A DNA stretch of 63,887 bases, counting the filler, from Reclinomonas americana ATCC 50394 (taxonomy: Eukaryota): assembly GCA_048213135.1 (NCBI GenBank). It is 23 parts of 23 records of this genome, joined end to end, with 100 filler letters (N's around TTAATTAATTAA, not from the genome) between each part and the next. Parts side by side here need not be neighbours in the genome. Positions count along the whole stretch, not along the records: positions 31,274 to 34,011 come from AFZH01023101.1; positions 34,112 to 40,484 come from AFZH01023102.1; positions 40,585 to 41,671 come from AFZH01023103.1; positions 41,772 to 43,146 come from AFZH01023104.1; 19 more parts are not named here. One strand, given 5' to 3'. The notes under the pieces were generated by a model. The model made no database searches and was not told where the DNA came from. It worked only from the letters and a program-made list of their open reading frames with translations. Every line of letters starts with the position of its first letter. Positions within the stretch are counted from its first letter, which is position 1. Shown one piece after another: positions 31,843 through 43,246 of the stretch. Made by a program: the position numbers and the translations under genes.

Positions 31843-32902
31843 CTTCGTCGGCAGCACGGACACCCCGACCCTCATGGCATCCGCATGTGGTGCCTCGGTA
31901 ACGAACTCGATGGCGAGCACCAGATTGGACACAAGACGGCGACCGAGTACGGTCGTCTTGCCGCAGAGACAGCGAGGGCGATGAGGATGGTCGATCCCGG
32001 TCTCCAGCTCGTCGCGGTCGGGTCATCCGCCTCGACTTTCCCCACTTTCGGCCATTGGGAGGCGGAAGTCCTCGAGCACACCTTCGACGTGGTCGACTAC
32101 ATCTCCGCACATGCGTACTACGAAGAGTTGGAAGGCGACCCGGAGAGCTTCCTCGCCTCAGCTGTCGACATGGACCGCGTGATCGACACGGTGGCCGCCA
32201 CCGCGGATGCGATCGCTCTTCGACGCAACAGTCCCAAGCGAATCATGATCGCGTTCGACGAGTGGAACGTCTGGTATCGCGAGCCCTACTGGGCTGCGGG
32301 CGGCGCACCGAAGGACTGGCGCAAGAACCCGCGCCTCATCGAGGACAGTTACTCGGTGACGGATGCCGTCGTCGTCGGTAGCCTGCTCATCTCCTTGCTC
32401 CGCCATGCCGACCGGGTGACAGTGGCTTGTCTCGCCCAGCTCGTGAACGTGATCGCGCCGATCCGAGCCCGGCGGCCCGGCGTGGAAGCAGGCGACCTTT
32501 CACCCCTTCGCTCTCACGGCATCCTTCGCGAGAGGAACCGCGCTGCGGGCGGCTGTCGCGTGCGGGACCCACCCGACGTCGCTGTACGGACAGGTCGACG
32601 ATCTCGATCTCTGCGCGAGCCACGACGAAAGCACCGGCGAGATCACCGTCTTCGTCGTGAACCGGATGCTCGCCGACTCGATCGCCCTCACGCTCGATCT
32701 CACCGCGTTCGGGCCCGTCCAGGTCATGGAGGCGGTCAGCATCCAGGACGAAGACCGCCACGCCCGCAACACGATGCTCGAACCGGACCGGGTCGTGCCC
32801 GTCCGCGTGCTCGATTTCGTTTCGGCCGATGAGGACGGGACTCTTCGCGTTGAACTGCCGCCCGTTGCCTGGACGATGTTGAGACTGCGTAGCTCTTCCT
32901 GA
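31843..32902 (+). pseudogene. GH51 alpha-L-arabinofuranosidase, N-terminally truncated and frameshifted
   Basis: WCLGNELDG, FDEWNVWY, AQLVNVIAP; homology starts mid-contig; frameshift near 32465. Confidence 0.8.
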
Positions 32903-33240
32903 ATGTCGCCGACCGTCTTCTGCTAAATCGAAGCTATCGATGCGCTCACCGTCCGGAGACTCAACGGCGCTCCCTCGTCGGGTGGAGACGGGGAGAAGCA
33001 AGCACTCGAAACAACGTCGCCGTTTTCTAGGACCGGGAAAAGGCGGTCCTCAGCCGCTCCAGAAGGCGGCCACGAGAGCGACGAGCACACTCGAGGGTCA
33101 GGATGAGCATGGGTGATGAAACGGCGGGTCAGAGGCCCGGATCCGCGAAATCTCGCGGGTTCGGCCTCTTTCGTGCCCTCTTCGAAATGACAGAGGAGAA
33201 CAGAGATGACCGGGAATACCCGTGACTTTTGCAGGCGGGG

Positions 33241-33837
33241 TCACCTACTGCTGGTCCCTCCTGCGGCCGCGGCAGCAGTGGCGTCCCTCGTGTCGAGCAA
33301 CCCCTCCCACAGCCGCTGCAACGCCGCTCGCAATAGCTCTGCGTCCACCCCAGCCATGAACTGGAGGACGATTCCATCCAGAGCGGCGAAAGCGGATCTG
33401 GCGAGTGCGCCTGAAGGATCATCGACGCCGTGATGTTTCAGGCTCGCGGCGACGACCTCGTGATACCGGGTATAGAGGCGGCTGACGTAGGGCCGGTACC
33501 GAGGATTTCTTCGCGATTCGAGAATCATCTCGTATTGGAAGGCCTGTAGCTCTGGCCGTTCGGCGACGGAGTCGAGCAAGCCGTCAGCGAAGGCGCTGCT
33601 TGTGGCGAGATCGAGCAGGCCGGTGGTGTCGATCGAGCTCTCGACGCTCCACTCCAGTGCGGCCGCGAGCAACGATTCTCTGCTTCCGAAGTGGTGAGCG
33701 ATCAGCGAGTTGTTGACGCCAGCCCGGTCGGCGACAGCTCGAAACGTCATCCCGCGGAGGCCTTTCTCCGCGACGATGCCCACTGTTGTCGCCACCAGAA
33801 GATCGCGACCGCTGCCGTAGGGAACCTGTCGAGCCAT
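33241..33837 (-). CDS. TetR-family regulator
   Basis: GLRGMTFRAVADRAGVNNSLIAHHFGSRE HTH; GGAGG RBS. Confidence 0.93.
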   Translation of the reverse strand: MARQVPYGSGRDLLVATTVGIVAEKGLRGMTFRAVADRAGVNNSLIAHHFGSRESLLAAALEWSVESSIDTTGLLDLATSSAFADGLLDSVAERPELQAFQYEMILESRRNPRYRPYVSRLYTRYHEVVAASLKHHGVDDPSGALARSAFAALDGIVLQFMAGVDAELLRAALQRLWEGLLDTRDATAAAAAGGTSSR

Positions 33838-33874
33838 ACCTCCACTAAACCCTACAAATGCCCTCTTGCGTTGA

Positions 33875-33892
33875 ACTAAGCAATTGCTTAGT
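33875..33892. promoter_or_regulatory. Perfect 18-bp palindromic operator ACTAAGCAATTGCTTAGT
   Basis: Lies between the TetR gene and the divergent operon. Confidence 0.8.
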
Positions 33893-33939
33893 CTGGGCCA
33901 GTGCGCAGAGAAGCGCGAGGCTCGTCGAGGAGGACACGA

Positions 33940-34011
33940 ATGCCTGATCAGTTCATCACCGCCAGCACGCAGGACCACACGAAGAGCGAGCCCTTCGAAG
34001 TCGGCGAGGTG
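33940..34011 (+). CDS. Probable cupin-domain protein, N-terminus only
   Basis: GAGGAGG RBS; MPDQF...EPFEVGEV. Confidence 0.5.
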
Positions 34012-34111
34012 NNNNNNNNNNNNNNNNNNNNNNNNNNNNNNNNNNNNNNNNNNNNTTAATTAATTAANNNNNNNNNNNNNNNNNNNNNNNNNNNNNNNNN
34101 NNNNNNNNNNN

Positions 34112-35043
34112 AGCCCTTTCGCCCCTTGAGCACACAGGTCCGGGAAGTCGACACCCGCTCCCTAGCCGACGAGATCGCTGCACTACCGATCAGCGCGGAG
34201 CGACGCGCGCTGATCGAGTCCTTTTGGACGCTCAACTTCAATGGGAATATCGCCGATGCCGCATTCACGCAGGCGCTGCGGTGGGTGTCACTGACCAACG
34301 GCGACTGGAAGGTCAACTTCGAAGCGTGCGCGACATACAAGATCGCGGGAGGCACGCGCGCTCTCGCTGAGGCGATCCTCCAGGACACTCCTGCGGACTT
34401 CGTTTTGGGCGCCGACGTTCGCGACATCACGCAGGAACAGTCATCCGCTGTCGTGACAACGGTCGACGGGACGGAGTACTCGGCGCGAGATGTGATCCTC
34501 ACGGTGCCGCTGCAGACGCTGACGCGTATCCACTTCGAGCCGGCTCTCCCCCAACCGGTGAGCATGGCAGCCGACCGCGGCCAGCTCGGCCTCGGAGTCA
34601 AGGCGTGGTTCACCGTCGAGGGTGAGCATCGTCCGTTCGTCGCACTCGGCGGCTCGGACTGGCCGCTGAACTTCTTCCAGTCCGAGTACGTGCGAGACGG
34701 GCTCACCTATGTCATCGGGTTCGGCCCCGATGCCTCGGCCCTCGACCCCAATGACCCTGAGGCCGTTCAGCGGGTGCTGAACCGCCTCGTACCGGACCTG
34801 CGCGTCACCGCCAGTGTCGGCCACGACTGGGTCGGAGACGAATTCTCCAAGGAAACCTGGCCGATGCACCGAACCGGTTACCTCTCGGGCTCTCTGCCAG
34901 CGCTGCAACAGCCGCTCGGGCGGATTCGACTCGCCGGATCAGACATCGCCGACGGATGGGGCGGTTTCATCGACGGAGCGATCGAGAGCGGCTTGAAAGC
35001 AGCTCTCGGCGTTCTCACGGCATCCCGCCTAGTGGCCGCCTGA
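34112..35043 (+). CDS. Flavin monoamine oxidase-family protein, 5' partial
   Basis: KIAGGT, VILTVPL, HDW...FSKETW, LAGSD...GFIDGAIESG. Confidence 0.93.
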
Positions 35044-35083
35044 TTCGGCAACACCCAACCACAAGAGATCAAAGGTGATCATC

Positions 35084-36565
35084 ATGTCCACAAGAAACGA
35101 AGCCAGCCGGGTGGCCCTCGCTGAGCGAGGCGATACCGACGACCGCACATCACTTCGCAAGGGGGCCGTCGGGGTACTCGGGATTCTCTTCTTCGTCCTC
35201 TCTGCTCAAGCCCCGCTCACTGGCATCGCCGGTGCCTTGCCGCTGACGATCCTGCTCGGCAACGGGGCGGGCGCGCCCGGCGCGTATCTGCTCATCGGCA
35301 TCATCATCGTCATCTTCGCCGTCGGCTTCATCGCCATGTCACGTCGGATCGACGGGAAGGGTGCCTTTTACGCATATGTGTCCGCCGGGCTGGGGCGCAG
35401 GACGGGCACAGGTTCCGCATGGCTCGCGATCGTCGCCTACGCGACCGTCCAGGCGGCGATGTACGGCCTGTACGGCGCGAGTTTCAGCGGGCTTCTCGCC
35501 ACCGTCGGTGTCGTCGTGCCGTGGTGGGTTCCGGTGATCGTCACCATCGTTCTCGTGCAGGGCCTGGGCTCGCTCAACATCGAGCTGGGTGCGCGGGTCC
35601 TCGCTGTGCTGGTCGGCCTGGAGGTCGCGATACTGCTCGCCTTCGCGGTGGGCACGTTCGTCCTGGGCGGCGGCCCCGAGGGGTCGATCGATGTGGCCTC
35701 GAGCTTCTCGCCGGCGTCGGTGATGTCCGGCGCGCCGGGCGTGGCCCTCATGTTCGCCGTCGCCTCCATGTTCGGGTTCGAATCCACGGCGATCTACTCC
35801 GGCGAAGCCAAGGATCCTCGCCGCACCGTGGCGCGCGCGACCTACCTCTCCGTCGGCGTCATCGCGCTGTTCTTCTCTTTCGTCTCGTGGATGTTCATCT
35901 CGTTCTATGGTGCGGACGCCGCGGTGGTCGCTGCAGAAGAAGCCGTCGTCTCCGGTGACTCGACTGTCTTCGTCTTCAACGCACTCGTCGGCATACTCGG
36001 CGCCTGGTCCGGACCCGTGGCCGGTGTCCTCCTCGTCACTTCTCTCTTCGCCGGCATCCTGGCCTTCCATAACGGCATCAACCGATATATCCATGCGCTG
36101 GCGACGCAGCGTTCCCTGCCGCACGCCCTCGCTCGCACCAATCGCCAGAGCGCACCTCACGCGGCTGCATGGGTTCAGTCGATTCTCGCGGTGCTGATGA
36201 TCCTGCCGTTCGTCGTGCTCGGTCTCGACCCCGTGCTCACCCTGTTCTCGTGGTTCAGCGGACTCGCCGTCGCTGCCCTGATCACGCTGTACGTTCTTTG
36301 CTCCATCGCCGTGATCACCTACTCGGTGAGCAACCCGGGAGGTGGAGCGTGGCAGACACTAGTCGCACCTGCCGTTGCGGCAGTGCTGCTACTCGGGGTG
36401 CTCACCCTCGTCGTAACCAACTTCACCTCTCTCATCGGCGGTGACGTGACGACCGCCGCCGTTCTTCTCGCTGTCGTGCCGGTCGCATTCGCGATCGGAT
36501 TCGCTACCGAGCGAGGCCGCTCAGCCGACGCGACCTCATCCGCATTCGACAAGGAGACATCATGA
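35084..36565 (+). CDS. APC-family amino acid/amine permease
   Basis: SAQAPLT, GAFYAY, GFESTAIYSGEAKDP; about 12 TM. Confidence 0.94.
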   Translation: MSTRNEASRVALAERGDTDDRTSLRKGAVGVLGILFFVLSAQAPLTGIAGALPLTILLGNGAGAPGAYLLIGIIIVIFAVGFIAMSRRIDGKGAFYAYVSAGLGRRTGTGSAWLAIVAYATVQAAMYGLYGASFSGLLATVGVVVPWWVPVIVTIVLVQGLGSLNIELGARVLAVLVGLEVAILLAFAVGTFVLGGGPEGSIDVASSFSPASVMSGAPGVALMFAVASMFGFESTAIYSGEAKDPRRTVARATYLSVGVIALFFSFVSWMFISFYGADAAVVAAEEAVVSGDSTVFVFNALVGILGAWSGPVAGVLLVTSLFAGILAFHNGINRYIHALATQRSLPHALARTNRQSAPHAAAWVQSILAVLMILPFVVLGLDPVLTLFSWFSGLAVAALITLYVLCSIAVITYSVSNPGGGAWQTLVAPAVAAVLLLGVLTLVVTNFTSLIGGDVTTAAVLLAVVPVAFAIGFATERGRSADATSSAFDKETS

Positions 36566-37973
36566 CCACCGCGACCGCACTTCTCGACGCCATCACAGTC
36601 CGCGAAAGCCACGGGCGGGCGATCCCTGACGCAGCGACCCGGGAGACGATCGGCTACGCGCCCATACACGGGCTGGCCGATCTCGATTCGGCCGCGACGG
36701 CGGCCCGGAGCGCTCAACCGGCGTGGGCTGCTCTCGGCCACGCTGAGCGCAGTCGCATCCTTCATCGAATCGCTGACGACATCGAAGCGCGCTCCGAGGA
36801 ACTCGCGGTAATCCTCTCCCGCGAACAGGGCAAACCGCTCGACGGCCCCAACGCCCGTTTCGAGGTCGGCGCCGCCGCCGCCTGGACGAGGAGCGCCGCA
36901 GATACCGCTCTCGAACCCGAGGTCGTGTTCGAGAACGGCACCTCCCGTGCCGAGGTGCACTACGACCCGCTGGGCGTGGTCGGAGCCATTGGTCCATGGA
37001 ATTGGCCGATCATGATCTCGGTCTGGCAGATCGCACCATCGCTGCGGATGGGCAACACCGTGGTCGTGAAGCCCAGCGAGTACACGCCGCTGTCGGTGCT
37101 CGCTCTCGTCGAGGTGTTCAACGCGCATCTTCCCGAAGGAGTCCTGTCGGTGGTCGTGGGAGACCGCGAAGTCGGCGCCGCGATCGCAAAGCATCCAGGC
37201 CTCGACAAGATCATGTTCACGGGTTCCACCGCGACGGGCAGAAAGATCATCGAATCGTCGGCGCAGAACCTCGCCCGACTCACCTTGGAGCTCGGGGGAA
37301 ACGATGCCGGCATCGTACTACCGGGAACGGACGTGTCGAAGATCGCCCAGGACCTCTTCTGGGGCATCTTCATCAACACCGGGCAGACGTGCGCTGCACT
37401 CAAGCGACTGTACGTGCACGACTCCGTCTACGACTCGGTCGTGGATGCCCTCTCTCGGCTCGCCTCGACGATGCCGATGGGACCAGGACTCGAAGAGGGA
37501 AATGTCCTCGGACCTCTTCAGAATCAGAGGCAATTCGACATCGTTAGCCGCCTCATCGACGAGGCGCGGTCCGGAGGAGCCAAAGTCGTCACCGGTGGTG
37601 CACCCGCCGAAGGCCTCGGTCCGCTCTTCTACCAGCCCACAGTCGTCGTCGACATCGCAGACGACGCTTCTCTCGTCGTCGAGGAGCAGTTCGGCCCGGT
37701 CATTCCCGTGCTGCGGTACTTCGACATCGACGACGCTGTCGCACGGGCGAACAGCTCGTCGCAGGGGCTCGGGGCATCCGTCTGGTCGGCTGACATCGAT
37801 GCAGCCCTCGACGTAGCCGCTCGTCTGCAGGCTGGGACTGTGTGGATCAATCAGCACGGCGCGCTCAATCCACAGGTTTCCGTTCGGCGGCACCAAAACA
37901 GTCCGGATACGGCCAGGAGTTCGGGGTAGCGGGGCTCAAAGCCGTCGCGGCCCCGAAGGTTATCTCGCGATGA
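36562..37973 (+). CDS. Aldehyde dehydrogenase; two homopolymer insertions near 37878-37898
   Basis: PWNWP, FTGST, LELGGND, NTGQTC, EEQFGP; corrected end PFGGTKQSGYGQEFG...KVISR*. Confidence 0.93.
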
Positions 37974-38643
37974 GAAAAACCCTCTATGGCCACTCCTTTC
38001 CTTCTCGGGGAGAGTGACGGGCGTCGGAGCCGACGACGACCCGGCGCGGGCGACGCCATCGAGAGCCACTAAGGTGCCATCCGACGACCTGGAACTAGTC
38101 GCCGGCAGAGGCGGCCGGGGCGAGAGGACGGCGATCGTACCGAGAAGACGGCGTCGGCGGAGCCAGACCACTCCGGTGGAGATCGCGACCGCGGTCGCGA
38201 GCCGGTTGAGGCTGCTCACGCCCGCGTGTCCACCCTCGACCCGGCACTACCACTGATCGCCGTGATCTCGTCGCGACTCGACGCCGAGGGTCCTGGGGAG
38301 AGGCACCCGGCCCGCGACCCCATCGAGTTCGGTCTCCCCGCAGCGGACGAGCGAGGCGCGTCGGGAAGTGCTCCAGAATCACGGCCAGTCGGTGTTCAGG
38401 TCCCCGCGGAGAGCGTGAGTGGGACTCGCTCTTCGTGCGGTGTGCGGACTGACAAATCATGAACGAGTGAATTGCATGCGAGGCAAAGTATCGCAAATAT
38501 AGCGGAAGCCGCAGAAAAGTAATTCAGTAGTTGACGAACTGCGCCGTGTTCCGTAGTCTGACATTGACGCTGGTCAAGGCAGGACGGCGAGTTGGTTGGT
38601 CGTTCGAGTGACCAAATAGTCGGCAACGAAGGAGTGGCAGACG

Positions 38644-39180
38644 GTGAATCACGAGGATCTGACGCGGCATCTGATCGCACTGGAGCGAAGGGTCGAGGAT
38701 CTCGAGTCGACTCAGGCCATAGCCGCGCTTCATCACAAGTACATTCGTGACCTGGCGGCGCGCGATTGGCGAGCGGTGTCTTCCGCCTACACCGAGGACG
38801 CGCTCTGCGACATCCGTCATCACGGAGTGCACCGAGGTCGTGAGGCCATCGATGCCATGTTCACGAGGGACTTGGTTCCTGTCGTGCACAGCAACGATGG
38901 GTACATTCTGTCGTCGCCGGACATCGTGGTCGATGGAGATGCAGCGCGCGGCACGTGGACGTGGCATCGACTGCAGGCGGACTTCAAGACTTCGCTCGGC
39001 ATGCTTCGCGTCTGGGGGCCCTGGTCGGAAGGCCGTTACGAGACCGAGTACGTCCGGGAGAACGGGGAATGGAAGATCTCCAAGCTCTGGTTCCGCGTTC
39101 ACGCGCCCGATCATGACGAGGAGATGGTCGAGGTCGGTGCTGCTGGCGGCGTCATCGGGGGCGGTCTGCGACGGCGTTGA
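38644..39180 (+). CDS. SnoaL/NTF2-like protein
   Basis: LESTQAI...VDGDAARGTW...GRYETEYVRENGEWKI; AAGGAG RBS. Confidence 0.88.
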   Translation: MNHEDLTRHLIALERRVEDLESTQAIAALHHKYIRDLAARDWRAVSSAYTEDALCDIRHHGVHRGREAIDAMFTRDLVPVVHSNDGYILSSPDIVVDGDAARGTWTWHRLQADFKTSLGMLRVWGPWSEGRYETEYVRENGEWKISKLWFRVHAPDHDEEMVEVGAAGGVIGGGLRRR

Positions 39181-39276
39181 AGCTCAGTACTTGCCGTTCA
39201 GCGGGCGCGAACCCGCGACGACTTCTGCCACTTTTTCAATGTTCTCCCGCCCTTCCAGAAAGATCGGATTGAAGAC

Positions 39277-40484
39277 ATGACACGCATGATGGTTCTTACG
39301 ACGTTCGTGATGCCGCTTGGCTACCACCGCAACAGCTGGTGTCGTCAAGGGAGCCGCGCAGAGGAGGTGCCGGGACTCGACCTGCTCACCGATATCGCGC
39401 GAACAGCCGAGAACGCCAAGCTCGACGCGCTGTTCTTCGGTGACGTAGTTCACGCGACACCTACGTTGCGTGGCGACACGATGATGAACGGCTTCTATGA
39501 GCCGATGACGACGCTTTCAGCATTGGCGGCGCGAACTCGCCATATCGGCCTCATCGGGACGCTGTCTACGTCCCTCATGGATCCGTACAACGTTGCGAGG
39601 ATGCTTGCGTCGCTGGACCACCTCTCGGCGGGGCGCGCAGGTTGGAACATCGTGACTTCGGGCGATGGCTATCAGAACTTCGGCTTCGCAGAGACCCCTG
39701 ACCCAGCACAGAGGTATCGTCGGGCACAGGAGTTCGTCGAGGTCGTCAAGCAACTATGGGACAGTTGGTCCGATGACGCAGTGGTCGTGGATCGCTCCGA
39801 GCGTCGGTGGCTCGATACCGCAAAACTGCGCAAGATCGACTTCGCGGGCGACTACTTCACGGTGGAGGGGCCGCTGAATATGCCCCGGCCGCCGCAGGGT
39901 CACCCGGTGCTTGTGCAAGCCGGTTCCTCCGGTCCCGGCATGGCATTGGGGACGTCGGTGGCAGATGCCATCTACACCGCCCAGCCGGACTTCGACCAAG
40001 CGGTCTCGTTCTATGCCTCGAGCAAGTCCATGATCGCTGCGAATGGGCGCGACCCCGACGCCGTGAAGATCATCCCGGGGATCGTGCCCGTGGTCGCATC
40101 TACACAGCGTGAGGCTGACGAGATTGCGGCCGAGCTGAGCTCGTTCCTCGATGTCGAGCAGGGGCGACTCCAGATTGCAGGCGACCTCAAGGTGGATCTA
40201 TCTGACCTCGACCTCGATGAACCGGTCCCGGCTGAGCGGTTTGATCAGATTCCGCAGCGATCCAGTCGCCAGGAGATCTATCGTCGCAAGTCGGTCGACC
40301 AGGAACTGTCTCTGCGCGATCTCATTCACGATCGAGCGCGGTCGACAGGGCATCAGTGGATTGCCGGCACGCCGGCAACGATCGCGGACCGGATGCAGAA
40401 GTGGTTCGAAACCCCCGCGTGCGACGGGTTCAATCTCAATTCTCCCTATAACCCCGAGGGGTTTGAGCGGATCTGTTCCATGCT
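39277..40484 (+). CDS. NtaA/DmoA/DszA-family FMN-dependent monooxygenase (LLM class), 3' partial
   Basis: ASLDHLSAGRAGWNIVTS, VEGPLN, PQGHPVLVQAGSS, CDGFN. Confidence 0.94.
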
Positions 40485-40584
40485 NNNNNNNNNNNNNNNN
40501 NNNNNNNNNNNNNNNNNNNNNNNNNNNNTTAATTAATTAANNNNNNNNNNNNNNNNNNNNNNNNNNNNNNNNNNNNNNNNNNNN

Positions 40585-41570
40585 CGGCCAATCTCGAGGC
40601 GCATCCCCTCGATGACTGGTACTACGCCGACAAGTACGGAGATCTCGCCACTATAGATGTGCCGGCATACGTCGTCGCATCGTGGAGCGACCATGGGCTG
40701 CACACCCGCGGCACGCTCAATGCGTTCGCAGCGATGGTTTCGCCGAACAAGTGGCTGGAGGTGCATGGGCAGAAGAAGTGGCAGTACTTCTATGAGCCGG
40801 CGAGCGTCGAACGGCAGCGCGTATTCTTCGACACCTTTCTCAAACAACGGGAATCCGGGATCCACGACTGGCCTCGTGTCCGAGCTGAGCTGCGTGACAC
40901 GGGCGACTCCGCCGAATCCCGATGGGTGGAATTGCCTGACTGGCCCGTCGCGGAACGTTTCGAGACGCTCCATCTGGACGCCGCGACCAGGTCGTTGTCG
41001 GGCGCCCCGCCCGAGACCGGAGCCACTGCGACTTTCGATCCGCAGACCGAGTCGTTTGATGCTGCGTACCTGTTCACACAAGACCGGGACGTCATCGGAC
41101 CTGTCTCGCTGTCGATCTGGTTGAGCGCGGACGAGAGCACGGACGCAGACGTGTTCATCGTGGTACGAAAACTGCGCGCCGACGGAACCGAGGTGCTCTT
41201 TCCCATCAATTCGCTTTTCGCGGACGGGCCCGTCGCACTCGGATGGTTGCGAGCCAGCCACAGAGCGCTTGACCTCACGCGCTCCACCGCTTTGGTCCCT
41301 TATCATCCGCATGATGCGGAGCAGCCCCTCACGCCAGGAGCGCCCGTCTGCCTGAATATCGAGGTCTGGGCATCCGGCACAACTTTTCATGCCGGCGAAA
41401 GCCTCGTGCTGACCATTCAAGGGCGAGATTGGATGAAGCGACCGATGTCGGGTGGCGTGCCACCGCTTCAGATCCTCCATGAGGAGTCGCGGACCGTCGG
41501 CACGTGGAGTATCCGCACGGGAGGCGCCCATGAAAGCGTTCTTCGCCTGCCGGTCGTCGAATCGGATTGA
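40585..41570 (+). CDS. CocE/NonD-family hydrolase, 5' partial
   Basis: ASWSDHGLHTRG, KWLEVHG, GWLRASHR, FHAGESLVL. Confidence 0.9.
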
Positions 41571-41771
41571 ACGCATAAACACACAGCTTGGGAGTGCGCT
41601 CTGCCCGTTGCGAGCCGGTCTCGTTGAGAAGCGCATCCACGCACTGGAACCCGATCATTCTTGAATGAGGANNNNNNNNNNNNNNNNNNNNNNNNNNNNN
41701 NNNNNNNNNNNNNNNTTAATTAATTAANNNNNNNNNNNNNNNNNNNNNNNNNNNNNNNNNNNNNNNNNNNN

Positions 41772-42824
41772 ACGACCGAGTCCGATGGCCGCCTCTTCGG
41801 GACGACAGCTTCCGCGGTGGCATCGTTGTCGATGGATCCGCCGATGATGCTGGTGTGCTTGAACAAATCGAGTTCCACTCATGATGCCATTCGTGAGCGG
41901 GGACGATTCGCGGTCAACATCTTGGCGCTCGAACAGCGCGACTTCGCAACTCGGTTCGCTACGAAAGGCGCCGACAAGTTCCGCGATGTCCCATACGCTC
42001 AAAGCGAGCGAGGACTGCCGCTCATTGAGGGTGCGCTCGCAAGCATCGAATGTCGCGTGGCAGACACAGCTCCCGGCGGAACTCATACCGTCTTCATCGG
42101 AGAGGTTCTCGACGCGCGGTCTCGGCCTGGGGAGCCTCTCGCATACTTTCGAGGAAAATTCGGATCGCTTGAGCGGATACTCGAAGCCAGCAGCTACGAA
42201 TCGGTTCGCGAGCTCGTCTTGCGGCGACGCACAGCCGTCGGCGAGGAAATTCATATCGACGATTTCGCCGGGGAACTCCAGACGGAATCTGCACTGGTGT
42301 ACAACTCACTGGTACGGCTTCTCGCTGAGGGACTCGTATTGCGTTCGGAGGAAGGCGTGTTCACGCCGACGCCGATTACTGAGGAGTTCGTCGATGACTT
42401 CTATGGAGCGCGCCAGACGATCGAGGTCGGTGTGCTCGACGCGTACCTGCACGACGCCCCAGATCACCGAGTGCTCGACATCGTCCGGCGTGGGCATGCC
42501 CTGGCCAAGAGCGAAACCGGCACTCCCGATGCACTCGACGCGTTCCTGCGTGACAACCTCGACTTCCATGCTGCGATTGTCAGCCTTGCCGGATCTCGGC
42601 AGCTCGAGCTCCAGTTTCGGCAATTGAGTCTCGCCACTGTCTGGCGCGAGACCTATCAGTCTCCTCTATGGCGCGACCAGTCCGGTCACCCGTTGATCCA
42701 CAGACTGGCCTTGGCCATCGAGAGCCGCGATGCCGAAACCGCGAGTGAACTCGTGCGCACTCAGGTTTCGTTCGTCACGGACGCCGCGAAGGAACTCATC
42801 AGGCTGGGCGGCGGCGCGTTGTGA
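41772..42824 (+). CDS. Flavin reductase fused to GntR wHTH + FCD domain, 5' partial
   Basis: SLSMDPP, FAVNIL, GTHTVFIGEV, PLAYFRGKF, then YESVRELVL...VRLLAEGLV, ARQTIE, NLDFHAAIVSLAG in one frame. Confidence 0.88.
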   Translation, partial: TTESDGRLFGTTASAVASLSMDPPMMLVCLNKSSSTHDAIRERGRFAVNILALEQRDFATRFATKGADKFRDVPYAQSERGLPLIEGALASIECRVADTAPGGTHTVFIGEVLDARSRPGEPLAYFRGKFGSLERILEASSYESVRELVLRRRTAVGEEIHIDDFAGELQTESALVYNSLVRLLAEGLVLRSEEGVFTPTPITEEFVDDFYGARQTIEVGVLDAYLHDAPDHRVLDIVRRGHALAKSETGTPDALDAFLRDNLDFHAAIVSLAGSRQLELQFRQLSLATVWRETYQSPLWRDQSGHPLIHRLALAIESRDAETASELVRTQVSFVTDAAKELIRLGGGAL

Positions 42825-43246
42825 ATCACCTCCCGGCCGGTGCAGATTCTCGCCATGTCCCGAGCCGTCGTGTGAGTGATGCCTATGACTGGCGAGGGCC
42901 TCGCGGATCCCGACGCCGCCATGTCGAGCGCCCTCAACGGCAGGATCTCGGTATTCACTGTCACGGCGACATTGACGAGGTCAAGATCCAGTGAAAGTGA
43001 CAGGTCGATCTTCGGCTTCGCGGCCAGCGGCATCAGCCCGTCCTCTCCCGGTGACCGCAGTCAGATGCTCTTGATCCGACAGGCCAAGAAGTTAACTTCT
43101 GAATCTGCCAACGGTCTACATTTTCGCCCTTGATTGCGCCTCGTACNNNNNNNNNNNNNNNNNNNNNNNNNNNNNNNNNNNNNNNNNNNNTTAATTAATT
43201 AANNNNNNNNNNNNNNNNNNNNNNNNNNNNNNNNNNNNNNNNNNNN

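Noticed and set aside
13230..37900. Frameshifts in GNAT, LacI, asparaginase and ALDH as programmed frameshifting or pseudogenes
   Set aside because: Single-base indels in homopolymers of otherwise intact genes; most likely sequencing error.
38000..38460. Possible MFS and TetR C-terminal remnants
   Set aside because: Too degenerate to support without a search.
42821..43033. Minus-strand ORF after the reductase-GntR gene
   Set aside because: No recognisable motif or RBS, and it overlaps the real gene end.
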